Of a stretch of DNA of 64,000 nt, positions 10,571 to 22,726 are shown piece after piece. How positions within the stretch are numbered: the first letter of the stretch is position 1; each line of letters starts with the position of its first letter. Below the pieces are notes generated by a model. That model saw only the letters and a list, made by a program, of their open reading frames with translations, was not told where the DNA came from and did not search any database. This stretch comes from Blepharisma stoltei ATCC 30299 (Eukaryota > Protista > Ciliophora). The position numbers and the translations under genes are program-made. The DNA lies in contig CBFDEM010000005.1 in assembly GCA_965603825.1 (NCBI GenBank), forward strand, positions 682,001-746,000. Direction: 5' to 3'.

Positions 10571-11974
10571 ATGAAAATTTCCAACAAACGGACAAGAAGC
10601 CAATCCAGTCTTAGACCTTCAAAAATCCCACTTTATAGACCAGTTTCCCATCAAATGAGTAGGGAGGTTGAAAATGTTATAAAAGATTTAGAAAAAGAAC
10701 ACCGAGAATCACATTATCTTGATGAAGAAATTGAGATTTCCCGATCAAAAAGCCAAACACAAAGATCGTTATGTAAAACCTATGCAAGCTGAGAAACCAA
10801 TAATGACTTACTCAAGATAAAAATATCGGTTCTAGAAAAAGAACTAATAAAAGAGCAAAATCGACTTAATGAAACAATTTTGGAAAATAGTGAGTTACGT
10901 GAAAAAATTAGTAGCAAAAGAAAAATTCAGCAAAACTCAAAAAGAGCTATAAATGAGCTTGAAAAACAATTAAAAACATACAACAACCCGACAGAAAATA
11001 ACGCTAATCTTGATGGCATAGATTTTTTTCAGAAAAGACAAGTTAACTTATTACGGTGCAAAACAGCACGGCCTAAAAGCATGATTTTTGAAAAATCAAA
11101 AACACTAGAGCTTACAGAAAGAACTCTTCCCTCGAGTAAAATTTCTTCGACAAAAGGAGAAAATGAATTATACAAAGTCAGTAGGCCTTATGAGTCAATT
11201 AGAATTGTAAATTTACTAAGAAAGATGATAGAGAATCGACGGATATTATTGAAAGAAAAACAAGCTGTCCTAGATAAATACACATCACATGTAAATTATT
11301 TAGAAGACGCTTTTGAAAAAATAAAAAATGCAACAGGGATGGTTAGTGTTGAGGAAATAGCTGCTGCTTTTATTAGAAGTGAAAGCCAAAGATCACACAT
11401 GCATACTTATTTTAATGATCTAACAATAGAAATAGAAGAGCTCGAAAAAAGCTTTGTCACAATCTCAAATTCTATAAACGATTTAAAGCTTCTAAACTGT
11501 AAAGGAGAAACCCTTGCCATGAGTTCCAAAAATGAAATTTTGGAAAAAGCCAAACAAACTCAGAGTAAAAATACGAAAGCACTTAAAGAGTTAAACCAAA
11601 TTGAAGCAAGCTTTAGAGTTTTAGGCTCCGACATTAATAGGATTTTAAAGCTGTGTGAAGGCTTAGTAGAAAATACTGAATGAGATATAAAGCTTGAGGA
11701 ATTTTCATTTATGAAAGAAGACTATATTAGAAATGTACTAGGAAAAGTAGAAGAGCTTATTCATTTTATCTCAAGTAGCCAAAAACAAACCTCAACATGA
11801 GAATTCGCAACCCAAATTACACAAAACCGCAAAGAAATGAAAAACTTAAAAGAATTTTTAGAAGAAAAAGATATTTCCAATGACTCTAAAGTTGATACTT
11901 TAAAAGGGCCGGCTTCCGTTTTCGAATTAAGAGCGCTTACAGAGATGATGCTCACGAGAAAGAAATACAGATAA
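10571..11974 (+). CDS. Coiled-coil protein resembling outer-dynein-arm docking complex subunits (CCDC63/CCDC114/CCDC151-like), 467 aa
   Basis: One frame via TGA 10790, 11681 and 11798. Contains YLEDAFEKIKNATG..SVEEIAAAFIRSESQ..YFNDL..EIEELE. Confidence 0.6.
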
Positions 11975-12004
11975 TAATTAATTTTGAACTGATGATTTAC
12001 AATA

Positions 12005-13319
12005 TTAATTTCCCAATTTTATCATTTTTCCATGCTCCCATCTGTCTTGGCTTATTTTTCCATCATTTGTAATCGTGTATCCGTTCCCATGTTTTTTACC
12101 TTGCTCCCAGTCTCCTTCATATTTTTTTCCATCTTTCCAAGTGAAAATTCCAAATCCATTCATAACGCCGCTATCTCACCACCCTAGGTATTGCCTTCCA
12201 TCAGCCCACATATATTTGCCTACACCATGGATTTGGTTATTTTTCCATTCACCTATATATTGTGTCCCATCATCCCAAATATAATGGCCTATTCCTTCTT
12301 TTAGGTTTTCTTTATAATAGCCTACGTAGCTACTCCCATCAGTCCATGTATTTTTTCCAGCACCAGTTTGAGTGTCATTTTCCCATTGTCCTTCATACAT
12401 GTCTCCATTTTCCCACAAATTTCTGCCTTTTCCATGTCTTTTCCCTTCCGATAATTCTCCAAAATACCTTATTCCCCCTTCAATTCTGGTTTCTTTGTAT
12501 TTTTCATTGAAATTTTCTTTAAATTCAGCTTTAAGAAGTGCAATTGGTTCTTCAAGTAATTTTTGAATTTTTTTGAAATTTAATTGCAAGTTCCCTACTT
12601 TTCTGCAGTGATCTAAAGAGAATTTTGACGACCTTTGCTTAGGAGGAATTGATTTCATAGCTTCATGTTTATACCAAAGCCACACTAAATAGATAATTAC
12701 AGTATCCATCTCTTTTTCCATTAACAATGCTTTCAAGGAACGATTTTGAGCCTGAATTAAATGGGTGGTTTCCTGAGGCATAAGGATTTCTCCATCTCCC
12801 TTCATATATCTCTTGGTCTACGTGAGTAAATTTTCCTTCACCAAAAGGATAGCCAAAGCTAAATTCTCCTTGATATATACAGCCATCAGGCCAAATCATT
12901 ACTCCTTGGCCATCTCTAAAGCCACCTACCCATTCGCCATCATAAGTAGCTCCAGATTTATAAGTGAAAGTTCCTTTCTTTTTCCTTTTTGTTGATAGAG
13001 GAGCTGATTTAATAGTCTCTTTAATGCTTTCTGAAGTAAAGTAATTATTGTTAGGCTGGCATAGCTTTTTTATATGCTGATATTGTTTGATATTACGATA
13101 AATTTGCCAAGCATTTTTTATTTTTACTGCTGCGATTTCTTGCTGAGAATCTGGACTTGTGGAGGTTGCTTCTGAAGGCTGAGATCCAAGGTTAACACTC
13201 CTTCGTAAATGATTATAGCTTTGCAGAATAATCTAAATAACAAATACTGATGATTTTAGATCGAGTTCGCATTTTTTGTCAGCGCCCTGGCAGCATCGTG
13301 AGCAATTTGCGTTTCCCAT
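12005..13319 (-). CDS. N-acylated MORN-repeat protein, 2 introns, 427 aa
   Basis: MGNANCSRCC start, IQ-like AAVKIKNAWQIYR, many YxGxW..G.G repeats. Introns 13233-13247 and 12685-12700; TGA 12176=Trp; ends TAA 12005-12007. Confidence 0.85.
12685..12700 (-). other. 16-nt intron GTAATTATCTATTTAG
   Basis: Resolves the frameshift between ORFs 12669..12899 and 12176..12805, giving DGY|LWLWYK. Confidence 0.85.
13233..13247 (-). other. 15-nt intron GTATTTGTTATTTAG
   Basis: Removes an in-frame TAG between the MGNANC exon and the rest of the MORN gene. Confidence 0.8.
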
Positions 13320-13464
13320 TTTGAAATTAATTGATGAAATATAAATTGGGAATATGATTTTATGAGATAAATAATTAAGGAATTTTGATTATTCGATTTT
13401 TTGATTAGTTAATTTAAATTGCATTTTAAAATAGCATTGATTTTTGAAAACGAATTTAATATAA

Positions 13465-14385
13465 ATGCCAATTTCAATAACTGAAATTTCACGTTCAAAG
13501 ACTATAATAGCAAAGGACGCAAAAGACATAGCAGTCTATGCTCTAACTGCAGCCTTTTCTTATTTGGCTTGAAAAATAATTTCCAAAAAGGTCATCCCTT
13601 GTATGTTTTCAAAACTATTTGATCGCCTCAAAGCTTTATCAACTGAAACATTAGGATTAACAAAAAGATATGGAGAAAACAGCTGGGCCTTTATTACTGA
13701 TGGTTCAAATTCTCTTGGAAAAAGCTTTATTCATGAGCTTGCTAGAGAGGGTTTCAACATCATAGCAATAGTAAAAGACAATAACGAGTCAGCTTCTGAC
13801 TATAAAAATTCGATTACAGAAAAATTCAATATTGCCTATGAAATAATCCAAGCTGACCTTTCGTTACCAAACTCATATGAAAATATAGTAAACATCATTG
13901 AAGAAAAAAATATCAATATTTCTATGTTAGTAAACAATACTGTTTATTATAATCCCTCATCATTTAGGAAATTAGAAAATGAAGATATATTTAAGTCAAT
14001 CAAATTAAACTGCTTGCTACCTATCCTACTCGAAAATTACTTTTTAAAAATATTTGAGCGAAGAAACCATAAATCAGCAATCATAAACATTTGTGACAAC
14101 TGAAAATCAAATGCAATTTTTAAATCTTCTATAATAGATACTGCAAGTAAACGGTACTTGAGAGATTATACTCTAAATAGCCTGAATAATGAAAAAATTG
14201 ATATTTTGTGCTATGAGCCAGATTTGCCATATATGCAAATTATCCATAACGGTATTACTGTAAAGGTGAACTATGGGCAAAGTTCCGTAAGCGGAGTTCT
14301 ATACGATCTAGGTAAAAAGTCCAAAACTGATGGAAAATCCCACAAAAGATGGGAAATCACAATAACTGAACAAAGACAGAATTAG
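13465..14385 (+). CDS. Short-chain dehydrogenase/reductase, 17-beta-HSD/3-ketoacyl-CoA reductase-like, degenerate (306 aa)
   Basis: N-terminal hydrophobic anchor, KRYGENSWAFITDGSNSLGK, ELAREGFNII, IQADLS, MLVNN, SAIINI; TGA 13570 and 14101 read as Trp. Confidence 0.7.
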
Positions 14386-14395
14386 CCTAATTAAT

Positions 14396-15025
14396 TTATT
14401 GCTGCACACATTCCACATCTCCATCTTGAGGCGGCTTGTTTCCTCTTGTTTTTCTAGCTTCTTCTAGCTGTCTTCTCATTTCTGCTTCCTCTAAAAGTAT
14501 TTCTCTCGGCTTAGGGTACTATTTATCCATTACTGTAATAATAAGTGTATTAAATTGATGAGTATATCTAATAAGATCTGGAATCAGCCTTAATCTTTTC
14601 CTAAATAGATCAGTGATTTCAAATATTTTGAAATATTTCTTATTTGAGGTTCGAATTGTGATTTTACTTGTACTTGAATCACCTGTCACTGAATATACGT
14701 CAAATGGGTATGGCAAATTTCTAATTCTTCATTGGAATTCTGTTGGTAAATCTTTTCTTATGAAAATTGGCTAAATGGAAGTTACATTTGTGGAGCTAGC
14801 AATCATTAAGTCACTTTCTGGGTTAAAGCTAGATGGAGGCTCACCTACTTCGAGCTCCCATTTGCCTTCACCTAATTCAACTGTTTTTTTAACTCTTCTT
14901 GATAAAAGCTCATAAGAATTAATGTCGTATTCTTCGACTATTTCTAGACCATCAGGAAAAGTTGTGTGCAATCTTCTTTTGCCGCCTGCTATTGCACAAG
15001 ATCTAACAGGTCTTGATGATTCCAT
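14396..15025 (-). CDS. DPCD: DPCD (deleted in primary ciliary dyskinesia) homologue, 2 introns, 199 aa
   Basis: GKRRLHTTFPDG.E.VEEYD, W..EVGE, NPIFIRKD, FQ-W(TGA 14729)-RIRNLPYP, IRTSNKKYFK and NTLIITYPKP. Confidence 0.9.
14519..14533 (-). other. 15-nt intron GTAATGGATAAATAG
   Basis: Removal restores conserved LIIT|YPKP of DPCD. Confidence 0.9.
14771..14785 (-). other. 15-nt intron GTAACTTCCATTTAG
   Basis: Removal restores conserved SSTN|PIFIRKD of DPCD. Confidence 0.9.
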
Positions 15026-15754
15026 TTATAAAGAGTAAATATTTGAGAGATGAAGCTAGATTTGCTGTATGGCATTGATTTAAGGAAGAATTTAGATATT
15101 CATAGTATGAGGTGAATGAAAGAAATAAAAATTAAAAATTATAGATATAAAAACAATGAATAAATTATATTTCCCTTGATCTATCTATGGGTCTGTTAAT
15201 TGGATAGCTCAAATAGGAATAGCATTGGCCTATTGGAGATTTAAATTATAAGAATTACTCATATGAGATAAAGAGATCATTTATTGCTCTGCCTGGTCTG
15301 AATCCATTTTTTACTGTTTCATTTGCCTGTCACTAGTAACTGTCACTAGTTTTCATAATTGTTTAATAATCAATGCTTTATCTTTGCTGAAGCGACATGC
15401 ATAAATATTAAAATAGATCCCTTCCAATTTATTTAGTCAATAGATGCAGAGCTGGCTCTAACCGGTATCATCAATAATCATTTAACTCATAAGCACGTTT
15501 TTGGTTTATGAGCTTATAATAGCTAATTGTTCTTAAGCTACAATTTTCGATCCCTGAATCATTCTCAAGCATATATAATTATCATAAGTATTATAATGCA
15601 ATTTCTTCTTTAATTACAATTTCCTTTTACCTTATTTTCATTCCACCTCCAATTTCCAGCTGAAAAATCTTTATTTTTCATTGTCTTCAAATCCAGTCAG
15701 AGCTGACCCAAAAGAACATATAAATTAGCCAATTCTGTTGTGGCCTTATAAAAT

Positions 15755-18700
15755 ATGGACCAACAATTAATTGATCTTCTCGTCGAAGTCCCAGGGAAAG
15801 GACCATTAATCATTGCAGCTCCATCTACTTTAGACGAGCTACTCTTATTGATTTCTCAATACTCTTCATATCAAAAAAACGATATTTCTATCCTTTACAA
15901 GCGAAAAGAAACTTGGTTTGGAATCATAGACCAAGCCACTTATTCATCAATTCTCAAACGTGCACAATCAGCAAGCCAATCTGAGATCGAAATTAAAGTA
16001 GAAATCAGTGCTTCTGCTCCTCAAAATCAATTAGAAGAGCTAAAAACTGAAGTCAGCTGGGAAATCATGTCAAATGTCCCTGCTCCAGCAGTATCAGTAC
16101 CTGAAACTTTGAATGAGTCTGAAGCTACTCCGCTTATTCAATATCGCTACTTAAATAGTGCTGACCCAGAAACATTTAATCAGCTAAGAATCCCAGCCTT
16201 AGATATCACGCTAGAAGACCTATCAAATTTAGTTTTACAGCTTGAAAACAAGCCTCCTGCAGATTTTATTTGTGCATTTTACAGCGAAGATGGATGTCCT
16301 TTGTATGGAAGCTTGTCTCAGATGCCGTTTATTAAATGCAATGAAGTAATACCTGGATCCTGCAAACTTAATGTGATGATTGTGCCCAATTTTGATGTAA
16401 AATCTCTCCCTTCAAAAGATCCTAATGAAGGTTCTGACACTGTGATTTTCCAATCCAGCGCTGATTTGACTAAAACTTTTACTGTAAAAGTGAACTTATC
16501 GACTACCACAATCCAGGACCTAAAGCAAAAGCTTTATTCCTTAACCTTAATCCCTACTTTTGAGGCTAAATTCAAATCCAATGATATTTTCCTAACAAAT
16601 GATACCTTTACACTATCATCTTACAATATAAATCAAAATCAGACTATTATTTATTGGAAAGAAAGCTATGATTACACTACAAGGACTTATAAACCTATTC
16701 TAAAACGCACTGTTGAGCAAACCATTGATGGAATTAAGCTATTTCATTCCTTTTTATATTGCTTTTCTAATGTGATTGGAACTTGTGAAAAGCCTACCCG
16801 TGAAGCCATTTTAGGCATGATAAGGCAAGCGTCTCAAAATAACACCCCACTTTTGCATGCTTTATATGAGCTTAGTATAGGCAAAAATATGAGTTTATTA
16901 GATTCAATTGCTTTAGAAGAAGGCTTTATTTTCATTATTAGCCATTTAGTAAAAGAATTAAATGCAACTGACAAGGTATCAAACGATAAACTATTTGAAA
17001 ATTGTTTAGAAGTGATAGGATTATTATGCGAAATCGGCTGTAAACCAACTGAAGAGTACTCAAGAGATGAGACTTATTTAGAATATGATACAATCTGCCC
17101 ATTATCACTGGTAGAACTAAAAAATCCTGTATGCTTAAGAAAAATTGATGGGACATATGCCTATTATGAGCATGAAGCTGTGCTGAAAAGAGCCCAGGAA
17201 CATACAGAAATTGTTGGTGTCGGACTAGTTAAAGAGTCACAAATAAAAATTTCCAAAGATTTTGTGTACCCTGTAAAGCGAGCTATTTATAACGAAAAAG
17301 AATCTATAATTCTCTGAACTGGGACCTTTGATCGCAGCAACACTTTTCCTAACATCATAAGAGCTTCTTTCCCACAAGGCCTTGTATGGGATCAATTACT
17401 CCAAATTAAGAAAAATTACAAGCTTTCCAAAATTCACTCAGCTTTATCCTTAAAAAGTTCAGAAACCCGCCATTGCATAACCCTTGACAAAAATAAAGAA
17501 ATTGTGGTAAACAGAGGATTATCACCTAAAGAGCCAAATACTGTAGAATTAATGAACATTTTGACAAGAGATGTTTCGAAATATGATATTGACGATATGG
17601 CAAGCATTATAGAAAGGATAAGCAGAGATGACCCTGCAATCGAAACAATTACAAGACCTCCAGACGAAACTATTATTGTGATTTTTGATAAAAGTGGATC
17701 AATGGGAACCACATTTGGACCTGAAGGGGAATATACCAGACTTGATGCCACAAAACAGTTTTTCGAATCTTTTGCTGATAGGACCGTTGGTTATAATCTT
17801 AACCATGTTATGTCTTTATTCCTTTTCAGCACAACTATAGATAGAGCTTGTGGATTTACTGAAAATATTTCGACATTTACAGCAGTTGCCCATCAGTCAA
17901 AACATTCAGGCGGGACTAAACTGTGGGACGCTATATATGAAGCAATCCAGTCACTTGTAGAATTTAAGGTGAAATACCCTAACACTCATCTGAGGATTTT
18001 ATGTTTAAGTGATGGAGAAGATACATCGTCAACCCATGGCTATTTACAAGTAGCACAACAGCTGATTGCAAATAATGTGATTATGGACAGTGTTGTTGTT
18101 GGCGACCTTTCTCAGAATTTGAAAGCTATTTCTTATGCATCTGGTGGCTATGTCTTTTTACCAGCAACTTTGCAAGATGGAATCAAGCTGTTTGAAAGTG
18201 AGACGTTGCTGTCAGTGAGAAATAGAAAATCTATAGTAAAATGTATGGTAAATACTGATAATGATTTAGAGCCTTTAAGGAGAAAAGAGATTAATAACCA
18301 GCAGCCTGCGATGGCAGCTCCAGCTGAAATTTCTCAAGGTGCTGTGACTGCTGAACAAGCTTTGAAAAAAATGGCTGCTTCTCCTCCTGCACCACAAGGT
18401 AAAAGTGGCTCTGCAGGGTGCGTTAAAAGAATAATGAAAGAGCTTCAAAACATTTCTACCAACCCTCATGAAAATATTGTGGTTCTCCCAAATGATAATG
18501 ATATAATGTTTTGGAATTTATATATTGAAGGGCCTGAGCAGACTCCTTATGAAGGAGGCCTTTTCCAAGCCTTTGCAAGATTTCCTAATGATTACCCCTT
18601 CAAGCCTCCTACTATTAAATTTGTGACTCCTATATACCACTGCAACATAAACTCTACAGGATCTATCTGCCACTCTATTTTGAATCAGTTTTATTCACCT

Positions 18701-19117
18701 GCTGTTACTGTAAGACATATGCTGGACTGTATATATGGGCTGCTTATGACTCCAGAGCCTATGGATCCTCTTGATGCTTATATTGCGGCTGAAATTAAAG
18801 ATGATTATGAACTATATATATCAAAATGCAGAGAACATATACAGTTGCATGCTAGCAAATCCTTTGAAGAGCTAACTGGAATGAAAAAGCCTGTAAGTGG
18901 AACAGTCATCCCTGAAGAGTTTTTAGACCCGATTTCGAAAAGGATTATGAGTGACCCTGTTATAATTCATGGGAAAACATATGAAAGAAGTGAAATTGAA
19001 AGGGTGATTGACCAGACTGGAAAAGATCCTGATGGCAATGAAGCAAATAAGGCTGATTTAGTCCAAAATGCTGGACTCTTGCAAAGAATTGATGAATTTA
19101 AACAAGCCCATCCTTAA
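15755..19117 (+). CDS. 1120-aa multidomain ubiquitination protein: PB1-like, Ubl-like, U-box-like, vWA, UBC (E2), U-box
   Basis: ORFs 15755..17317 and 17504..19117 share a frame with only TGA 17315 between them. vWA: DKSGS, GGTKLWDAI, LSDGED. E2: KRIMKEL, GPEQTPYEGG, YPFKPP, YHCNIN..G.IC. U-box: PEEFLDPISKRIMSDPV..GKTYER. Confidence 0.8.
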
Positions 19118-19504
19118 GAATTAAATTAGATTAACAACAATTTGATACCTTGACTTATTATATTCTTTCTCTTTTGCTATTAATTTTTTTATCTTTAAAC
19201 AGTAAACAATATTAATAATAAAGATCTTTAAACGTCTTAATAGCTCTTTGGCATGATATAACCCGATAAAATCATTAGAAAACAACTTTTAATCCAGATT
19301 TTAAGTGTATGTCTCTACCCTTCAAAGTAAAATTCTCTTCTAAGATGCTTCAAATCATTATCGAAATCATCAGAAATCATAATATATTTAAGTAAGTTGA
19401 ATACTTTAGACAAAAAAAGATATAAATGCCCATATTTATACTTAACCATCATTAATTTTTCATTATATTAGACTTTTTATAATAAAATCGCAATTAATTG
19501 ATTT

Positions 19505-20062
19505 TTATCTAGTTTTATTTCTTTTAAGATTTGTCAAATACTTCAAAGTTGCGTCAATATTTGTCATATTTTTAGAACTCACACTATAGCATGCGACAGT
19601 TCTACCTGTAATAGCATTTAAACTTAATGCTGAAATTAGCTCTTCTTCATTAAGTGCTCCATCTAAATCATTCTTATTCCCAAGCACTAATAGTGAAATT
19701 CCTTGTAGCGAAGGCCACGATAACAATTTTTGCAATTGAGCTTTAGCAACTTCAAGATTACCGAAGTCAGCTGAATCCACAACAAAAATAATGCAATCTA
19801 CATTTCTGCAGTATTTTTCCCAGCTTTCCCGAAATTTAGGCTGCCCACCGAGATCCCAGAGTCTCAGTTCGACACCTCCTTTTTTAATTCTTCGATGGTT
19901 AAATCCAATTGTCGGTATTGTGTCTTCATCAAATTCAGAAGTTGCAAGGACATTTACAAAGGTTGTTTTTCCAGCATTTTGAAGGCCGACGATTGAAAGC
20001 TCCATTTGTTGGTTCCAAAACATTGAGCGAAGCCAGTTTAGGAATCGTGACCAGAGTCCCAT
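19505..20062 (-). CDS. ARL8: ADP-ribosylation factor-like GTPase 8
   Basis: WLRSMFW.Q.MELSIVGLQNAGKTT, DTIPTIGFN, WDLGGQPKFR..WE.YCR, GNKNDL and CYSVS. Confidence 0.93.
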   Translation of the reverse strand: MGLWSRFLNWLRSMFWNQQMELSIVGLQNAGKTTFVNVLATSEFDEDTIPTIGFNHRRIKKGGVELRLWDLGGQPKFRESWEKYCRNVDCIIFVVDSADFGNLEVAKAQLQKLLSWPSLQGISLLVLGNKNDLDGALNEEELISALSLNAITGRTVACYSVSSKNMTNIDATLKYLTNLKRNKTR

Positions 20063-20307
20063 AATTATTTACAACATGACATGGTTGTTTTAATTTTAAT
20101 TTATTATAAAATGATATGGAAATTTAGATTTTTTTGAAGGAAAATCATTGAGAATTGGGATAATTTTGATAAATAAAGAGGTTTATATAATTTTTTCTTA
20201 ATAAGTAAATAATTTTAATGAACTTTAAAATATAATGATATAGGATTTAATAATAAATTGTTTAGGGCATCTAGAAATAGATAAATATATTTGAAAATAC
20301 AAATAAT

Positions 20308-20730
20308 ATGGCACCTGATCCAAATTATAATCAAAGATCTAACTTAGGATCGGTTTTTAGAACACTAGCAGCAATTTCTAAAGCCAAAAGTAAAGCGATG
20401 GCGTTAGATAACTTTGTGAAGGCAGAGAGAATAGAAAAACAATCAAAAATCGAAACTTCTCTTATAAAAATAAAAAGAGAAATTTTTCAATTGAATTTAT
20501 CAAGATTAAAGCAGCGCTCAAATACAAGAGAAAAAATCGAAAACGATAGAGATAAAACAGAAAATATCAAATTAAAAGTAATCGAAATAAGAGAAAGTCT
20601 GGGTTCATTCCTTATCAATGAAGAATATAAGAAAAAATTTGATAAAGAATTAGATTTGTGTGAGCAGGTTTTAAACGGAATTGATCTAGGAAGAAAGGAG
20701 CTAATGAATTTTTTGACTTATGGAAAATAA
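20308..20730 (+). CDS. Hypothetical coiled-coil protein (140 aa)
   Basis: ATG..TAA ORF flanked by AT-rich spacers; no recognisable motif. Confidence 0.55.
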   Translation: MAPDPNYNQRSNLGSVFRTLAAISKAKSKAMALDNFVKAERIEKQSKIETSLIKIKREIFQLNLSRLKQRSNTREKIENDRDKTENIKLKVIEIRESLGSFLINEEYKKKFDKELDLCEQVLNGIDLGRKELMNFLTYGK

Positions 20731-21007
20731 AAAATAGAAATAATAAGAAAATTTGTGATATTTTAAAACTCCAATAATCGTAAATTATGATTTCTTTCAA
20801 AAACATAAGTTGAATTCATTTATGATCTAATAAAAGGTTTAAATTTATTTTCTATTATCTGCATGCCATAACGCCCTTCTGATATTAATCGAACGCAATC
20901 AAATTCAATAAAAATAAAATCAATCATAATAATTTAAAATCCCATTTCAAATAAATTACACTTAAAAATTATTATTATATCATATTGACAATGAACTAAT
21001 ATGTAAT

Positions 21008-22315
21008 TTAAAAGTGAAGCGCCTCTTCAAAATTCAAAAGAGTGTGTTTTTCATTATCAAACTTGCTACCTACATAATCAATCAACATGTGAACTTGTCC
21101 AATAATATCATCAGAATTGCTCTTAATAGCTAGATATTTAAGGACTTTAATTTCATCGCTATTCTCCATCTCAACCTCCCCCTTCCAATAATCAACAACC
21201 TCAGTCTTTATTGATTCAATAATTTCAAGCAAACAGTTGATTTTTTCAATAGGAGTTCCAAGATTATATAATTTATTTAGCATTAAAATCGCTTCAGCAT
21301 AAGGCTCTTTTCCATCATCTAACCTCAGCTTAGGCGGTATGTCCAATCTTTCCATAATTGCACTATCTCCAAGCCCTTCACATTCTCTCCTCACATCTTG
21401 CAATTTTTCTTCTAATTTCTCAGTTTTAATATTATAAATTTCTAACAAATGCGACATAAGTTTAGAATAAATATATTTTTCGACTGACGGTCTACAGTAT
21501 ACCATGATTTTTTCAGTGCTGCTTCTTCCATAATTATAATGAGAAAACAAAGAATCCACGGTTTCTTCCACTTGCAACTTTATCGACTCAATTGGCTGAG
21601 GCAGCAGCAAGACTGATTCTTTAGGATTCCTATACTGGCTTTTGAAAGATTCAATAAATTGGCTTAATGATCTTCCTAATGTGTAAGATTCTGATGACAA
21701 AATTTTGTGAAATAAACAATAAGACGAGCTTTCATTTTTGCAGGTCATTGTGCTTTCCTCTTCTTCTTCGTACTCAATTTTGTTATAAGTTTCATTGCAT
21801 TGAGGAGAGCTTAAAAATTTTTCTATTGATTTTTCAATACCATTAAGCAGCTTGGAGATAGGCTTTTCTGTCCCAACCATCCCTTGAATGAGGAGAATTC
21901 TTTTGTTTTTGCGTTCGTCCATTAGGATCAGCATTCTTACGATTGAAGCTTCTTCGTGGGATTTTTCTTTTAATCATCAGCAGCATAAATATTTTTGAAA
22001 TTTATTGTTGGGAGTGTGGACGGCAATTATGGAATTTGGGCTTCTTTCGGTGACTTCAAAGCCTTTTTTGGAGGAAATTTTGGTTAGAAGGTTAAAGAGA
22101 CTCGCATGGGAGTGGGATATGGGCAATTCGATTTTTATTTGAGGGAGAGATCCAGGGGAGTCTGGGATTAAAATGTCGGTGCGAAAAGAGATTGAGCCTC
22201 TTGGAGAGTAGTCTACTGTAAAATCAAGGGAGTCTTTAGCATTTGATCTTTTCTTTTCTTCATTTGGCCGAATAATAGGCATTTCTGAATTTTCATTTCC
22301 TGATTGATCTTTCAT
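21008..22315 (-). CDS. VPS9-domain-like protein (Rab5 GEF family), 435 aa
   Basis: Tandem TGATGA 21974-21979 (CC-WW) fuses two in-frame ORFs. C-terminal VEKYIYSKL, PYAEAI..L, TPIEKINCL, ENSDEI..L.YL.IKS. Confidence 0.7.
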
Positions 22316-22726
22316 TTAATTTATATTAATTTGATAAAAAGATATTCAAAAGCTTGAAAAAAGCTTGTGTAGATAAAATGCTAAGTTTTTCAGTTTCGCG
22401 GGATTTAAGACACTAGATATCTGACTAAAATTTATAACTGAATGAATATATATTGATTATAGGATAATATAAGTTTCATCTATTAGTAAAGTGCAATTGG
22501 CTTGTCTTAGCACGATTTATATTATCTGTTTTAAGTAGTCTCAGGGTTTTTAATCCATCTTCAATAAAATAAGAGTTCTTATTTATTTTAATAAAAATAA
22601 TAATTAATTTGTTGGCAGTCGATGCTATTCTTCCTAATAATCTAAAGTCTTATTATTCTTATTAATTATCTACTTATCAATATATCAGTTATTAATTTAG
22701 AGGTAAATTAATGGATTTTAATATAA

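Noticed and set aside
12685-12700. Euplotes-type programmed +1 frameshifting at the frame changes (also 39523 and 57434)
   Set aside because: Each frame change coincides exactly with a 16-nt GT..AG intron.
15327-15350. Direct repeat CTGTCACTAGT x2 in the DPCD/ubiquitin-fusion spacer
   Set aside because: Only two 11-nt copies and not noticed elsewhere; cannot be distinguished from slippage.
17977-17984. Single CCCTAACA telomere-like octamer
   Set aside because: One copy inside the vWA coding region; expected by chance.
21974-21979. TGA as selenocysteine or Cys (CC followed by TGATGA)
   Set aside because: Informative TGAs elsewhere align to Trp, this is not a redox protein, and the 3' spacer is AT-rich with no evident SECIS.
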